This document shows positions 27,756 through 39,129 of a stretch of 64,000 nt of DNA, in pieces. This stretch comes from an uncultured Sediminibacterium sp. (GTDB lineage Bacteria > Bacteroidota > Bacteroidia > Chitinophagales > Chitinophagaceae). The stretch lies in contig CAYWPM010000009.1 of NCBI GenBank assembly GCA_964460235.1, positions 28,189-92,188 of the forward strand. The letters run 5' to 3'. Numbering within the stretch: position 1 is the stretch's first letter; each line of letters starts with the position of its first letter. The position numbers and the translations under genes were made by a program. The notes below the pieces were generated by a model. The model ran no database searches. It had not been told where the DNA came from and was given only the letters and a program-made list of their open reading frames with translations.

Positions 27756-30146
27756 ATGATTGAAAAAGTACAATATCTTGTATCAATTGGTAAGTTTCGT
27801 AACTATCAAGCAACTGGGGTTGTAACATTTAAGAATCTTACTTTGATATATGCTGATAATGGTAGTGGGAAAACCACGCTTACGCGAGTGATAAAATCTC
27901 TATGCAAAAACGATGCTGATTTAATTCGCAGAAGAATTTCTACTGGTTCTAGTACCGCACAATCAGCACAAATATGGTCAACAGATAGTTCCGGTACAAG
28001 AATTATACATAGTTATTCTGCTTCTGGTTGGAACTCCCCACTTTCAAATGTTGAGATTTTCGACATTCACTTTGTAAATGACAATATTTATTCTGGATTT
28101 GAGTTTACAGACGATCACAAAAAACGGTTACATCAATTTGTAATGGGGGCGCAAGGTGTAACTTTACAGCTACAAATTGAGCAAAATAAGGCGGATAAAA
28201 CTCGACAACGACAACTAATAGAGTCTCTAAATCAACAATTATTAAATGCTGTAGGAAATGGATTGACCCCTGAAATGATTCCTGGTTTTTTAAATTTGCC
28301 AAATACTCCGAACCCTGCGATAACACAAGAAATTGCTGATGCACAAGCAGCATTAATAAGTGCAAATGCAAATTCAGCTATTCAGGCAATGACTGGATTA
28401 CAACCGCTTCAACCACTTACAACTACATTTAATTTTGGAAAATATGAGGTTGATGTGCAAAACAATACTCATACAATTCAAGATGCTACGTTGAAACAAT
28501 TGTTTGAAGAGCATGCCGCAGATCTTTCTTCAAATAGAATTGAAAACCCGGGGGATTGGTTAATGAAGGGATTTCAATATACCGAATCAAAACATGAACA
28601 TACAAATGAGATAAATTGTCCATTTTGCCAAAGACCCTTTGAGGATGAGATACAAATTTTAAATGCATATGCTCAAAAATTTAATGATGCATTCAATCAG
28701 TATATTCTTGATATAACTTTGGGCTTAGAATAAATACAAAGGGTAAATATTGATTCGTTTATTCAATTGATTAATCAAAGAATCGCTGCAAATACTGCAA
28801 TAATCGCTACCTGGAGCTCTTTTCTCCCTTCTGCCACAATCCCCTCATTCGCTGTTTTGCCAAACGAAACAACATTTCGTGCTTTATATGGTGCAGTTGT
28901 AAATGATCTTTCGGAAAAAAATAGAAATCCATCAGCTTCAATTTCACCTAAAAATTTGCAAGATTTTAGGCAAATGATTGCTGATATAAATTCGGCAATT
29001 GCAACCTCAAACTTACAGATAGCGGCTTATAACACTGAAATTTCCCGGTTTAAAGTCGGTATACAAACTGTATCTACAGCACAAATGGTTTTGAATGTAG
29101 CTCGAAGAAAAGGACTTCGATCAGATGCCACCATCGATGCACTCTGTACACGTATTAAACAAGAAGTGGCAGTTTTAAATAGATTAGATGCTGCATATCG
29201 TCCTTTGGTGCAAGCGCAAGAAGCTGCTGTGGCAACATTCTTTACCAACTATGGAGCAAGAATTAATCATTATTTACAAAACGTTTTTAAAACGCCATTC
29301 CAAATTGTAAATATTGCAAATGTTGCACCACAAGGAAGAGCTACACAGAGTAAGCTGGGCTATTCTTTAACTATTAATGGAATTGATATATCAAACGATC
29401 CTGCTGCCAACACAAATCTCAAGGACACCTTGAGTGAGGGCGATAAAAGTACAATAGCTTTTGCATTTTTTCTTTCTAAATTGGACATAGACCCTGCCAT
29501 TGCAGATAAGATTATAGTTTTTGATGATCCACTATCCAGTTTTGATAGAAATAGAAAGGCCTACACAGTTAGTTTATTGCGTGGCTTACTTCCAGTTGCT
29601 AAGCAATTAATTGTTTTAAGTCATAATGAGCATTTCTTACATAGCCTCTCCACAACTCATATTTCTGCCGGTCAAAAAGTTACACTTTGGATTTCTCAAA
29701 ATTTCACAGCAGGAACTTCAGAAATTCACCCTCTTGATTTGGATACTATGGTTGAAAATGATTATTTCCGAAATTTAAAAGAGCTTGATGATTTTTTAAG
29801 TTCCCCAAGTATGACAAAGAAAGATTACGTTCTTGGATTAATTCGGTTGGTATTGGAGTCGCATATAAAATTCAAGTTTCGGCGTCAGCTTTTAACTACT
29901 ACAGGTGGCCCTACTTTTGGGGCCTTAATAACGCGACTTACAAGTGCAGGAGTAACATTTAGGGATGCAAATACTGCTGGTGTAATAAGCTCTCTTCGTT
30001 TATTGAATGATATTTCTTGGCAACCCCATCATGGTGGAGTTCAACCAGCATATCCAGTAGGAGGAATTGACCCGATCAGTATGACAATAACAGAACTTGC
30101 TAATTGTATTACAGACACGTTTGCCTTAATAGAGAATAGATTATAA
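27756..30146 (+). pseudogene. RloC-like Rad50/ABC ATPase-HEPN anticodon nuclease interrupted by one in-frame TAA (28731-28733)
   Basis: The two track ORFs share a frame. Motifs: ADNGSGKT, CPFC hook, LSEGD signature, FDDPLSSFD Walker B, LSHN; HEPN-like RLVLE and RLLNDISWQPHH. Confidence 0.8.
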
Positions 30147-30212
30147 CTCGCTTTCTTTATTTTACTAGATGATTTGTTGAATAATACATTGTAAAAGTAT
30201 TAGCCTCGGCGA

Positions 30213-33053
30213 TTAACCATTTAGTAACCCCCCAATTGTTGACGTAATTGTTATTCTCTCTGTTTTTAGAATTACATACTCCCAAGGCTTTGTAATTCCG
30301 TACTTCCCTACGTTTTTTGTTACTATTTCGCAATACCTCTCCGCTGTTGTTTTCTTTGCCTGCACATCGAAGTCATCTATTTCACTTCCAGGCTTCACTT
30401 CAATAAGTACAATTTTGTTTTCAAGCTCAACAACAAAATCTGGTTCATATCTGTGATGAGAATTGCCCAATTCGTCTCTCCAAAACAAACCTTCAAACTG
30501 TCTTGGTGATGGGCGAAGCCAGTCTTCTACTGCCGGGTCTTTATCTAACAAATAAGCTAACCGAACTTCATCTGACGAATCAAAGCGATACATTGAGTGA
30601 CAGGCTTTAGAGAAACCGGTATATATTAAATCCTTTGAAAAACGGTTTATTTGTGATTCAAGGGTTACAGGTTTTTCTTCCTGTGTCTTCGAAATATTGT
30701 ATGGATCTAAGTATGGACGGGGCTCCCCAATAGTGGATTCCAAAAACCCTTCTGAGAGATATTTATTATGAGCAACAATTTGGTCATAGATTTCTTTAGC
30801 AATCTGACGAAAGTTGTTTTCAATCATCATTTTTAAAGAATTATCATCACTTACAAAAGTCCTATAGTATTCAGTAGCTTGATTAGCAAGCTTTAATAGA
30901 AGTGGGGTTTGATTTGGATCTTCGTAATCAACCAACGGAAAATCAACCAATGCTGCAATGATGGTATTTTCTGGACTTTGTGCTCTTCCCTCTCCTAAGC
31001 TTGAAACTCTTGTTTGTTCCTTCTCTGGGGCGCCAGCAGTTGTATTGCCAAATAAATCTAATTCGCCCTTGGCCTGTAATCGCTGAGTTAAAATGGATGT
31101 TTCAGAGGAGTAGCGAGTAAGTTTTGAAGTATTCAAATCAAAATCTTCAATAGTAGCTTCTCCATAATTAGGAGTAAGTATGAGGCGTGGAATAGCAATA
31201 TTTCTAACCTCAATAGCCTGCGCAGATTGACGGCTAATATTTTGTAATTCTTTTCTAACTGGTTCACTAAAATTATTAAACAGCGTTCCTTCTTCAAAAG
31301 ACAAATCTGCTACTAAGCTTTGAGCTTCTTTTTGATTATTAAAATCAGTAAAGCTTCTTTGAGAAATGGTCTGTTTGGCAATAGCTTCTACATATTCATT
31401 TGTTTTCGTCTGAATGGTCGCTTCAATCACATCCTTTGGTGTATCTTCTTGAACTAAGGATGATATTGCTTTAGCTGCTTGTGCAACTAGCTCTTTCATC
31501 ACAACCTCATTGGAACGAATATTGTCTTGAATGCTTACAACGGCAGCGGATTGAACTTCAATAACCTGTTTAATTGATTTTGTTTCTTCTGTAGTAACGT
31601 TTTCAATATTTGTTGGCTGAATAAGTTTTGAGTCCTTCGCTTGTTCTATAATCTTTGCATAGTTATCATGGGCAACAATCATAACTCTATCAACATATTT
31701 GTTTCCGGTTCTTTCTCCATAAGGTAAACGGAGGCCTCGACCAATGGTTTGTTCAGTTAATATTTCTGAAGCAGAAGATCGGATTGGAGCAATAGTATAA
31801 ATGTTTGCAACATCCCACCCCTCCTTAAGCATATTTACATGAATAACAATTTCAACAATATTATCCTTGTCTTCTAACGAAATTAATTTTTCAATAGTTT
31901 CATCTGCTTCCTCACCTTTAGTTTTTGTATGCACCTCAATAACCTTCCCCATGTATGCACCTCCCCTAAACTTATCGCTATCTATCAAAGCACGAAGTTC
32001 AGATGCGTGAGTAATATCTTTTGCTACCACAAGCATTACCGGCTTAATTACTCTTTTATTATTTTCATAGGCATATTCCTTTAGTGCTGTTTTTGTACGT
32101 TCATGAAAATATGCAGCCAGTTGTAATTTACGAGCATCAGTTTCAATTGAGTTTGAATCCCATTGATTAAAGTTTACATCTGCTTCAGTGCCTACCCATG
32201 GATCTTTTACGAATCCATCTCTAATAGCATTCCCAAGTGGATAGCTATAGAAAATATTTTTCATTAGTTCGGGCTCTTTCGTTTTTCCTCGCCCTATTGT
32301 GTTTCCTGTATAAGGGGTAGCAGTAAATTCTAAGCCAAAAAGAGGATCAATTCGGTCAAGTGAACCTAATGCCGCATCTGCATGATAATGATGCGATTCA
32401 TCCATTAAAACAACTAAGTCATTTAATGAGGATAGATAGTCAAAATATGATTCGCCAAGGGTTTCACTGAATTTAGTAATCCCCTTCTCTTGCTCAATGT
32501 CTTTTTGCGCAAACTGCTGAATATTAAATATATTTATTTGAATCTCATTTCCAAAAAGACTAGCGTTTGCTTGATTTTGTTCAAAATTATCTTTAGTGAT
32601 AACCCTTGCAGAGCTACTGTTTATTTCTTCTATTCCTCGAAAAACGTATTTTGGATTATTTGATCTGCTGAAATCTTCAACTAACTTTCTATATATAGTA
32701 TTTCCCGGAGCAACCACCATAAAGTGCTGAATTCCATACACTAAATGTAGATAAGCAACAAACGCACCCATAAGTCGAGTCTTTCCCACTCCTGTAGCAA
32801 GAGCAAATGTGTAGGCAGGAAACGTTCTCTCAAACGCTAAAAAGTCTTTTGTTTCGGGTTTTAATTCTACATAAGCCTTTGTGGCGTTTTCGATATTAGC
32901 ACAAGAGCCCCTGTGCTCTCGATTTAATCGAGTTAACATCATTTGCCCAGCATCAGATTCTAGGTATTCAGAAAATAGTACGAGACTTTGCGCTTGTGGG
33001 GTACGCAAACTCATTGCATTTATAATATATTGAAGCGCTTGTGGATTTGTCAT
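30213..33053 (-). CDS. Type III restriction enzyme Res subunit
   Basis: ATGVGKT, DESHHY, MLKEGWD, EQTIGRGLR and C-terminal YEPDFVV...IEVK. Confidence 0.9.
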   Translation of the reverse strand: MTNPQALQYIINAMSLRTPQAQSLVLFSEYLESDAGQMMLTRLNREHRGSCANIENATKAYVELKPETKDFLAFERTFPAYTFALATGVGKTRLMGAFVAYLHLVYGIQHFMVVAPGNTIYRKLVEDFSRSNNPKYVFRGIEEINSSSARVITKDNFEQNQANASLFGNEIQINIFNIQQFAQKDIEQEKGITKFSETLGESYFDYLSSLNDLVVLMDESHHYHADAALGSLDRIDPLFGLEFTATPYTGNTIGRGKTKEPELMKNIFYSYPLGNAIRDGFVKDPWVGTEADVNFNQWDSNSIETDARKLQLAAYFHERTKTALKEYAYENNKRVIKPVMLVVAKDITHASELRALIDSDKFRGGAYMGKVIEVHTKTKGEEADETIEKLISLEDKDNIVEIVIHVNMLKEGWDVANIYTIAPIRSSASEILTEQTIGRGLRLPYGERTGNKYVDRVMIVAHDNYAKIIEQAKDSKLIQPTNIENVTTEETKSIKQVIEVQSAAVVSIQDNIRSNEVVMKELVAQAAKAISSLVQEDTPKDVIEATIQTKTNEYVEAIAKQTISQRSFTDFNNQKEAQSLVADLSFEEGTLFNNFSEPVRKELQNISRQSAQAIEVRNIAIPRLILTPNYGEATIEDFDLNTSKLTRYSSETSILTQRLQAKGELDLFGNTTAGAPEKEQTRVSSLGEGRAQSPENTIIAALVDFPLVDYEDPNQTPLLLKLANQATEYYRTFVSDDNSLKMMIENNFRQIAKEIYDQIVAHNKYLSEGFLESTIGEPRPYLDPYNISKTQEEKPVTLESQINRFSKDLIYTGFSKACHSMYRFDSSDEVRLAYLLDKDPAVEDWLRPSPRQFEGLFWRDELGNSHHRYEPDFVVELENKIVLIEVKPGSEIDDFDVQAKKTTAERYCEIVTKNVGKYGITKPWEYVILKTERITITSTIGGLLNG

Positions 33054-33084
33054 AAGAAAATAATTTTGCTAAATCTTAATTAAA

Positions 33085-34683
33085 TTACTCGTAATCTTCT
33101 TCTTCAAAATCTTCAAATTCAGCTTCTTTAATGGGTAATAAATAGTCTTTTTTACCAAATTGGCAAGCCTTTAGAATTGATTGTGGTATTTTTTTGATTG
33201 TAATTCTTTGATCTAATCTTTCACATCCTGGTTCATATTTTTTAGGGCAAATTAAAAGGGTCTCATTTGTTTGCAAATGAGTTGCTATTTGTTGAACCAT
33301 TGCTACCGTAAGAAGTTGAGTTGTAATATAAATACTATTGTTACCCTGACCCTTTCCGTGTTTCCAATATTCTGTAGAGCTAGGAGCGAATGTATAGTTA
33401 GATAGCTTACACATAGCTTTAATTAGTTTTGTGTTATCGTAATAACTATCAATTACGTTATTTCCGAATTCGTCAACTGTTATGAAACTAGGTGATAATT
33501 CATAAAACCTATATCCACCACCACCTTTCCAAGATACCATCTCTGAAACGCCTCCATCATCAATACCCGAAACAACTTTATCTAGTCGGACTTTGCAGTG
33601 TGTATAAGCATGATCTCCCATTTCAATTCCTATATATTGTCGATTCATTTTGTGTGCTACGGCTATAGTAGTTCCAGAACCAAGAAATGAGTCTAATACT
33701 ATCTCACCCTCATCGGTTGATAACTCAATTATTTTCTTAATTAACCTTTCTGGCTTAGGTGTTCTAAAAAGACTAGTTACTGGAATATCAGGAAAAAGTT
33801 TTTTGAGTTCATATTTTGCCTGTCTATTGTGCCCGGTTTCATTTACATCTACCCATAGGGTTGAAGGAGGTAAGCCCTCCATATCTTTCAAATAAGTTCG
33901 TCTAATTAGCCTTGTTTGATCTTCTGAAAATCTAATTTCACCAGTTTTCATTTTTTCCAGTATTGTTTCATAAGACCATCTCCAACCATTTGGTGGATGT
34001 TTAATAACATTTCCATTAGGCGTAGTTATATTATATTGCAGTGTAGGTCTAAGTCCCGGATTGTTTACGGGGTTTCCATCAAACCAAGGCCCCCTTGGAT
34101 CATTGTCTGGATTTTTAAAATGCTTTCGCTTAGCATCGTCATTTAAGAATTTAGGTCGCCATCCTGGTTTCTTGCTATAAACCAAAATTTGATTGTGATC
34201 CAAGGAGAACTGAGTAACATTATTATTGCTGTTATCTGTTGTTTTCCAAATGACCGTAGCCACAAAGCATTGCCTACCAAAAATCTCATCACATAGGACT
34301 TTGCAATAGTGGACTTCATTTTCATCAAGAGTTATCCAAATACTTCCATCCTCAGACAATAGAAGGTTTAAAATTTCTAATCTGGGCTTCATTAGACTAA
34401 GCCAAGAGGAATGTTCAACACTATCATCATAATGTTCAAAGGCATTCCCTGTATTATAAGGAGGGTCAATATAAATACATTTAATAGCGCTTTCAAATTC
34501 GGGAAGGAGTGCTTTCAAAGCAAGTAGATTGTCCCCATGAATCAGCATGTTTTTACTGGAAACATCTCCAAAAGAAAGCTCAATATTCTCCTCAATTATT
34601 CGAGGTTCAACATTTGAAATATTATATTCAGGATTTTTCTTTCCAATCCATGATAACTCCAGCTTTTGATTATTAGTACTCAT
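33085..34683 (-). CDS. Type III adenine DNA methyltransferase (Mod)
   Basis: YIDPPYNTG, TPKPERL and DSFLGSGTT motifs; start taken at MSTNNQK. Confidence 0.92.
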   Translation of the reverse strand: MSTNNQKLELSWIGKKNPEYNISNVEPRIIEENIELSFGDVSSKNMLIHGDNLLALKALLPEFESAIKCIYIDPPYNTGNAFEHYDDSVEHSSWLSLMKPRLEILNLLLSEDGSIWITLDENEVHYCKVLCDEIFGRQCFVATVIWKTTDNSNNNVTQFSLDHNQILVYSKKPGWRPKFLNDDAKRKHFKNPDNDPRGPWFDGNPVNNPGLRPTLQYNITTPNGNVIKHPPNGWRWSYETILEKMKTGEIRFSEDQTRLIRRTYLKDMEGLPPSTLWVDVNETGHNRQAKYELKKLFPDIPVTSLFRTPKPERLIKKIIELSTDEGEIVLDSFLGSGTTIAVAHKMNRQYIGIEMGDHAYTHCKVRLDKVVSGIDDGGVSEMVSWKGGGGYRFYELSPSFITVDEFGNNVIDSYYDNTKLIKAMCKLSNYTFAPSSTEYWKHGKGQGNNSIYITTQLLTVAMVQQIATHLQTNETLLICPKKYEPGCERLDQRITIKKIPQSILKACQFGKKDYLLPIKEAEFEDFEEEDYE

Positions 34684-34688
34684 GTTTC

Positions 34689-37664
34689 TTATATTATTTT
34701 CCACCGAATTGTAAAAAGATTTTCAACTATTGCTTTCTGTTTTAGTCGAGCCTCTATTGTTTCAAGTAATTGTTCTTTTTTGATTTCAACTTCATCCTGC
34801 GCTTCATAAAGTTTTCTTCTCATTTCATTTCGCTTTTTCTCCATATCCTTAATCTCTCTCTGCGCTTTTAACTTTTCTTCCAGATTAATAATCTTCTTTG
34901 CAATTGTTTTTGCAGTTTTAATATCAATATCAATTTTTTTGAGATCGAGCTCTAATCCTTTTTTTACATCATCAGACCAGCTATCCAACTTCTCAACTTC
35001 ATCATCAAAGAAATCTCCATTTCTTTCAGCGATTTTACCGGAGACAAAAGTAATAAACTGTTGTTCCAGTTCAGAAAGCTTTTGTTTCTCTGTTTCAGAA
35101 ATAGAAGTAGAAGTTATTCCGTTCGTGGGAAGAGAGAAGATTTTCTTTATTATATCAGATTCAATTGGATTATTCGATTCATCAAATGCCGAAAGAATAA
35201 TGTTGTCTTCATCTTCAAAAGCAGAAACGGTATAGTTTGAAACTTTCAATACACCTCCTTTGCCAATATAGGGTTCTAATACTGAAATTTTCGAAATGTT
35301 ATTTGAATAGTCAAAGGTAATTTCTGCTTCTTCTACCTTTTTTGCTTTCACATCCTTTAAGATGCGTTGAGCCAAAGAATGTCCGGGTCGATAGATGTGA
35401 GCATCATCTACATTCTTTCCTATGCGATAAGGGCCAGGATCAATGTGTTCATTCGGAAATGGGCTTTCTTTCAATGAAAAAGAGTATTCGTTTTCTGCAA
35501 ACTCTGCCCTATCGTTTAAATAGTATCTGGTAACATCCCACAACCAACGATTATAAGTAGATAAGAAAGCTTCTCCTTCACGTTTATTGATTTTGAGTTT
35601 ATCGTGTACTTCTGTATCAAAGTTTTCCAAAAGCTTTTGTCGTGTGTCTGACAAGCTGCTTTGGATGCTTTCATCCATTTCATATTGAAGTTCATCAAAG
35701 GCTTTGTTTATATCTTCTGACGTTCGGCAGGTTTGATATATACCTGCGATACGTTTCTCAAAATCTACACCAGACTCAATAGTTCCTAATACCTCGTCAC
35801 TTGCACCAAATACTCCTTTAAAGAGCTTGAATTTTATATCTAAAAGATCATATACACGTTGGTCTGCGGCGTTCTTTCTATTAACAAAGTTAATCACCAC
35901 TACATCGTGCTTTTGTCCGTAGCGATGGCAACGACCAATTCGCTGCTCAATTCTTTGCGGATTCCATGGTAGATCATAGTTAATAATGAGAGAGCAAAAT
36001 TGAAGATTAACTCCTTCAGCACCTGCTTCAGTTGCAATCATTATTTCTGCTTCTTCTTTGAAGTAGTCGATAAGGGCGGCACGAGTATCGGCTGTTTTAG
36101 AGCCTGTTATCTTATCGGTATCTTTATTGCGAGCAAGCCAGTTTGTATATATTTCTTTTGATTTGTCATCATTGTTAGAGCCATTAAACAAGACAATTTT
36201 TCCTTTATAACCATTGTTAGCCAAAAGTGTTTCAGAAAGATATTTCTGAGTAATTGTAGATTCGGTAAAAATGATGGCCTTCTTTTTAGCACCGAGTTCT
36301 TGTGTCATTTCAAACCCTTTTTTAAGGGCTGTGAGTAACGCCTCACCTTTAGAGTTTGTAAAAATGTTCTGTGCTAAATCACGAAAGCGAATAAGGTCAG
36401 CTTTTTCTTGCTCCATTGCCACTATGTCTTCTGGAGTAAAAGCTTTCTTTTCCTTTGCTCCTTTTTCATCCTCATCGTCCTCATCTTCATCAATCCAGTC
36501 ATCGGCAAGGTCTTCAAATGTTTCGAAGTTTTGCTCTAAGCCTTCAATTGGTATATCGGTTGGCGTTGCATTCGCTTTTGCCTCTTTTATCAATTCGCCC
36601 ACCTTATATACTAAGCCGTTAAGTGTGCTTGCAATAGCAAATGAGGAAGAAGCTAAAAGTTTTCTCAAAATGAGTGTCATCAATTGTCTCTGACTAAACG
36701 GAAGTGCATAGAGCTTTGGTCTTTGTAAATACTCGGACATTCCATCATAGAGTTCTGTCTCATGGTCTGTTGGGATATAGTCTTGCGTTATTGGCTTTCG
36801 TTCCGTGTAGTTAATGTATTCCAATACCTGTCGGCGGAGTGTTCGAATACAAACGGGCTTTAGGCGGTTTCGCAAGTCATTGAACATCTCTTGCTTCGGC
36901 TCAATGAGTCCGACTTCGTTTTCATAGATATCCTGTTCTTTTGATACCCGAGCATAGTTTGATTTGAAACTTTTTAAATCACCGAATACGTGGTCATCAA
37001 TAATACTTACTAACCCATATAGTTCTAAAAGCGAATTTTGCAGTGGTGTTGCGGTGAGCAGAATTTTAGGAGCATCAACTAATGCATTCTTTATTTCACG
37101 AGCAATTTTATTGCTTGTCTTATAGACGTTTCTGAGGCGATGCGCCTCATCAATAATAGCGAGATCCCACTTAGTTTGTTTTATATACGGTGCTTTTGCA
37201 CGAGCAAAGTGATATGAACAGATAACGATTTGCCCATCTTGATTGAAGGGATTTAAGTTTACGTCTTTGATATATTGATTGAATGATTTTGCTTCAAGGA
37301 TAATGGACGGCAAGAAGAATTTTTCGAGCAATTCATCATTCCATTGTTTTCGCAAGCTTGAAGGAACAATCAAAAGAATTTTTCTCTTTCGTTCCGCCCA
37401 CTTCTGAGAAAGTACCAATCCGGCTTCAATCGTCTTTCCGAGACCCACTTCATCAGCTAATATTGCTCCTTTTGATAATGGTGATTTAAACGCGAACAAA
37501 GCAGCCTCAATTTGATGCGGATTTAAGTCTACCTGAGCATTTGAGAGGGTTGAGGAAAGCTTTTCCAGGCTATCAGAGGCACAACGCTTGGTAAGCTCAT
37601 ACGCAAAGTATTTCGCATGGTAATCACTGAGTCCGTGGTTTTGCCGGCCTTGAGCAGAGGTCAT
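34689..37664 (-). CDS. SNF2-family helicase co-transcribed with mod-res
   Basis: DEVGLGKT, DEAH, TATPLQN, EGVNLQ and EQRIGRCHRYGQ motifs; 5-nt gap to mod. Confidence 0.92.
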   Translation of the reverse strand: MTSAQGRQNHGLSDYHAKYFAYELTKRCASDSLEKLSSTLSNAQVDLNPHQIEAALFAFKSPLSKGAILADEVGLGKTIEAGLVLSQKWAERKRKILLIVPSSLRKQWNDELLEKFFLPSIILEAKSFNQYIKDVNLNPFNQDGQIVICSYHFARAKAPYIKQTKWDLAIIDEAHRLRNVYKTSNKIAREIKNALVDAPKILLTATPLQNSLLELYGLVSIIDDHVFGDLKSFKSNYARVSKEQDIYENEVGLIEPKQEMFNDLRNRLKPVCIRTLRRQVLEYINYTERKPITQDYIPTDHETELYDGMSEYLQRPKLYALPFSQRQLMTLILRKLLASSSFAIASTLNGLVYKVGELIKEAKANATPTDIPIEGLEQNFETFEDLADDWIDEDEDDEDEKGAKEKKAFTPEDIVAMEQEKADLIRFRDLAQNIFTNSKGEALLTALKKGFEMTQELGAKKKAIIFTESTITQKYLSETLLANNGYKGKIVLFNGSNNDDKSKEIYTNWLARNKDTDKITGSKTADTRAALIDYFKEEAEIMIATEAGAEGVNLQFCSLIINYDLPWNPQRIEQRIGRCHRYGQKHDVVVINFVNRKNAADQRVYDLLDIKFKLFKGVFGASDEVLGTIESGVDFEKRIAGIYQTCRTSEDINKAFDELQYEMDESIQSSLSDTRQKLLENFDTEVHDKLKINKREGEAFLSTYNRWLWDVTRYYLNDRAEFAENEYSFSLKESPFPNEHIDPGPYRIGKNVDDAHIYRPGHSLAQRILKDVKAKKVEEAEITFDYSNNISKISVLEPYIGKGGVLKVSNYTVSAFEDEDNIILSAFDESNNPIESDIIKKIFSLPTNGITSTSISETEKQKLSELEQQFITFVSGKIAERNGDFFDDEVEKLDSWSDDVKKGLELDLKKIDIDIKTAKTIAKKIINLEEKLKAQREIKDMEKKRNEMRRKLYEAQDEVEIKKEQLLETIEARLKQKAIVENLFTIRWKII

Positions 37665-37841
37665 AATAATCGGGATTCTAACACTTTAAAGTTCAAAAAC
37701 AAAGACAAAACTACTGGTTTAGTTGGGGGTTATTTCATATCACCTTGGATATCAATAAATAAGCCTCTGGTCTCCTTCATTTCCGAGTGGTATGTCTAAA
37801 TCAGCAGTTATATTATAAAGGTATGATATGCGTGGTTTATC

Positions 37842-39017
37842 TTAAAGAAGAGTTTTTGCGCTAAACGCCCGACTGGTCATGCCATCAATCATCAACTTGA
37901 GATAAATTGAATAGCGAGGAAGGTTTATGAGATCTTCTGCTGTAAAAACGGGGTGAAAAATCTGAGATATGGTTTCGGCATCTTTTGCACCAATTTGGAA
38001 GCAAATAAGTGTTCCAACGTTTCCCAAAATGGACTCTTGGGTTTCTATAGGAAACTGATCTAGATATTGATTTGATAGAAATAAGCCGAGTTTAAATTTT
38101 CTGCACTCGGAGAGCATTTGAGCAAACGAAGTGGTTACAAATGTGTGTGCCTCATCTATAAAAAGAAAAAATGGCTCACGTTCTTCTTCAAGCAATCGTG
38201 CTTTCTTCATTGAAGCAATTTGGATGCAGGTTATAAGCATTGAACCGAGAAATGAACATGCTTGTTCGCCTATATGTCCTTTACTGAGATTGACGATGAG
38301 GATTTTCTTTTGATTTACAATGTCATTTATTGAAATACTTCCAGATCGTTGACCAATAATTCTCTTGATAACATCATTTGCAATAAAAGCACCGGATTTA
38401 TTTAATATGGCCGATACCGCTTCGCTTTTTAAACTTGGGCTGTATTTATCAAACTCATCATGCCAAAAAGATAAAATTGATTGATCAAATATTGAATTAA
38501 GCATTCCCTCTCGATAGTCTTTATCTGTTAAGAGAGGTTGAATATCCAAAAGGGTTGTGCCGGGGTTTTCTAAGAGAGTTAAAATACAAAAACGAAGAAT
38601 GTATTCTAATCGGACGCCCCATGAGTTTCGGAATATGTTTTGATATACAGATACAATCTCAGATGCGAGAAGGTGTTTCTGGTCTAATTGTTCATCAAGA
38701 GGGTTAAAGGAAATGAGGTCATTTGTATTTGTTGCATCGAAATACACAAGATCATCCTTTCGACTTTCTGGTACATATTGCACTAAAAGGCTTGCAAGTT
38801 GTCCGTGGGGGTCAATTACGCATACTCCGTGCCCATGGCGCATATCTTGGATGGCCATATTCTGAAGCAGTGTAGATTTACCTGTACCGGTTTTCCCAAA
38901 GCAAAAGATACCCGTGTATCGGTCTTTTGTTTTAATACCAAACCGCTGATTTGTATTACGCCAATTTGTTTGTGCAAAGTAGGTGATCGAATTGTCAGCA
39001 TGATGTTGTCTTTCCAT
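37842..39017 (-). CDS. Second coupling-protein-like ATPase (TrwB/VirD4/DUF87-like)
   Basis: GKTGTGKST, IDPHG, FNPL and LFIDEAH motifs; start taken at MERQHH. Confidence 0.8.
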   Translation of the reverse strand: MERQHHADNSITYFAQTNWRNTNQRFGIKTKDRYTGIFCFGKTGTGKSTLLQNMAIQDMRHGHGVCVIDPHGQLASLLVQYVPESRKDDLVYFDATNTNDLISFNPLDEQLDQKHLLASEIVSVYQNIFRNSWGVRLEYILRFCILTLLENPGTTLLDIQPLLTDKDYREGMLNSIFDQSILSFWHDEFDKYSPSLKSEAVSAILNKSGAFIANDVIKRIIGQRSGSISINDIVNQKKILIVNLSKGHIGEQACSFLGSMLITCIQIASMKKARLLEEEREPFFLFIDEAHTFVTTSFAQMLSECRKFKLGLFLSNQYLDQFPIETQESILGNVGTLICFQIGAKDAETISQIFHPVFTAEDLINLPRYSIYLKLMIDGMTSRAFSAKTLL

Positions 39018-39129
39018 CTCATACCTAATCTTATGAAACGTACTCGAATACTGAAGCCTGAAAATTATTTGCCTACTACAAACTATTACCTCATAATCAA
39101 TTTTATACTGCTTATCCTTATTACTACGA

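Noticed and set aside
33085-34683. Phase variation of the type III mod gene
   Set aside because: No simple-sequence repeat tract was seen in the gene or upstream.
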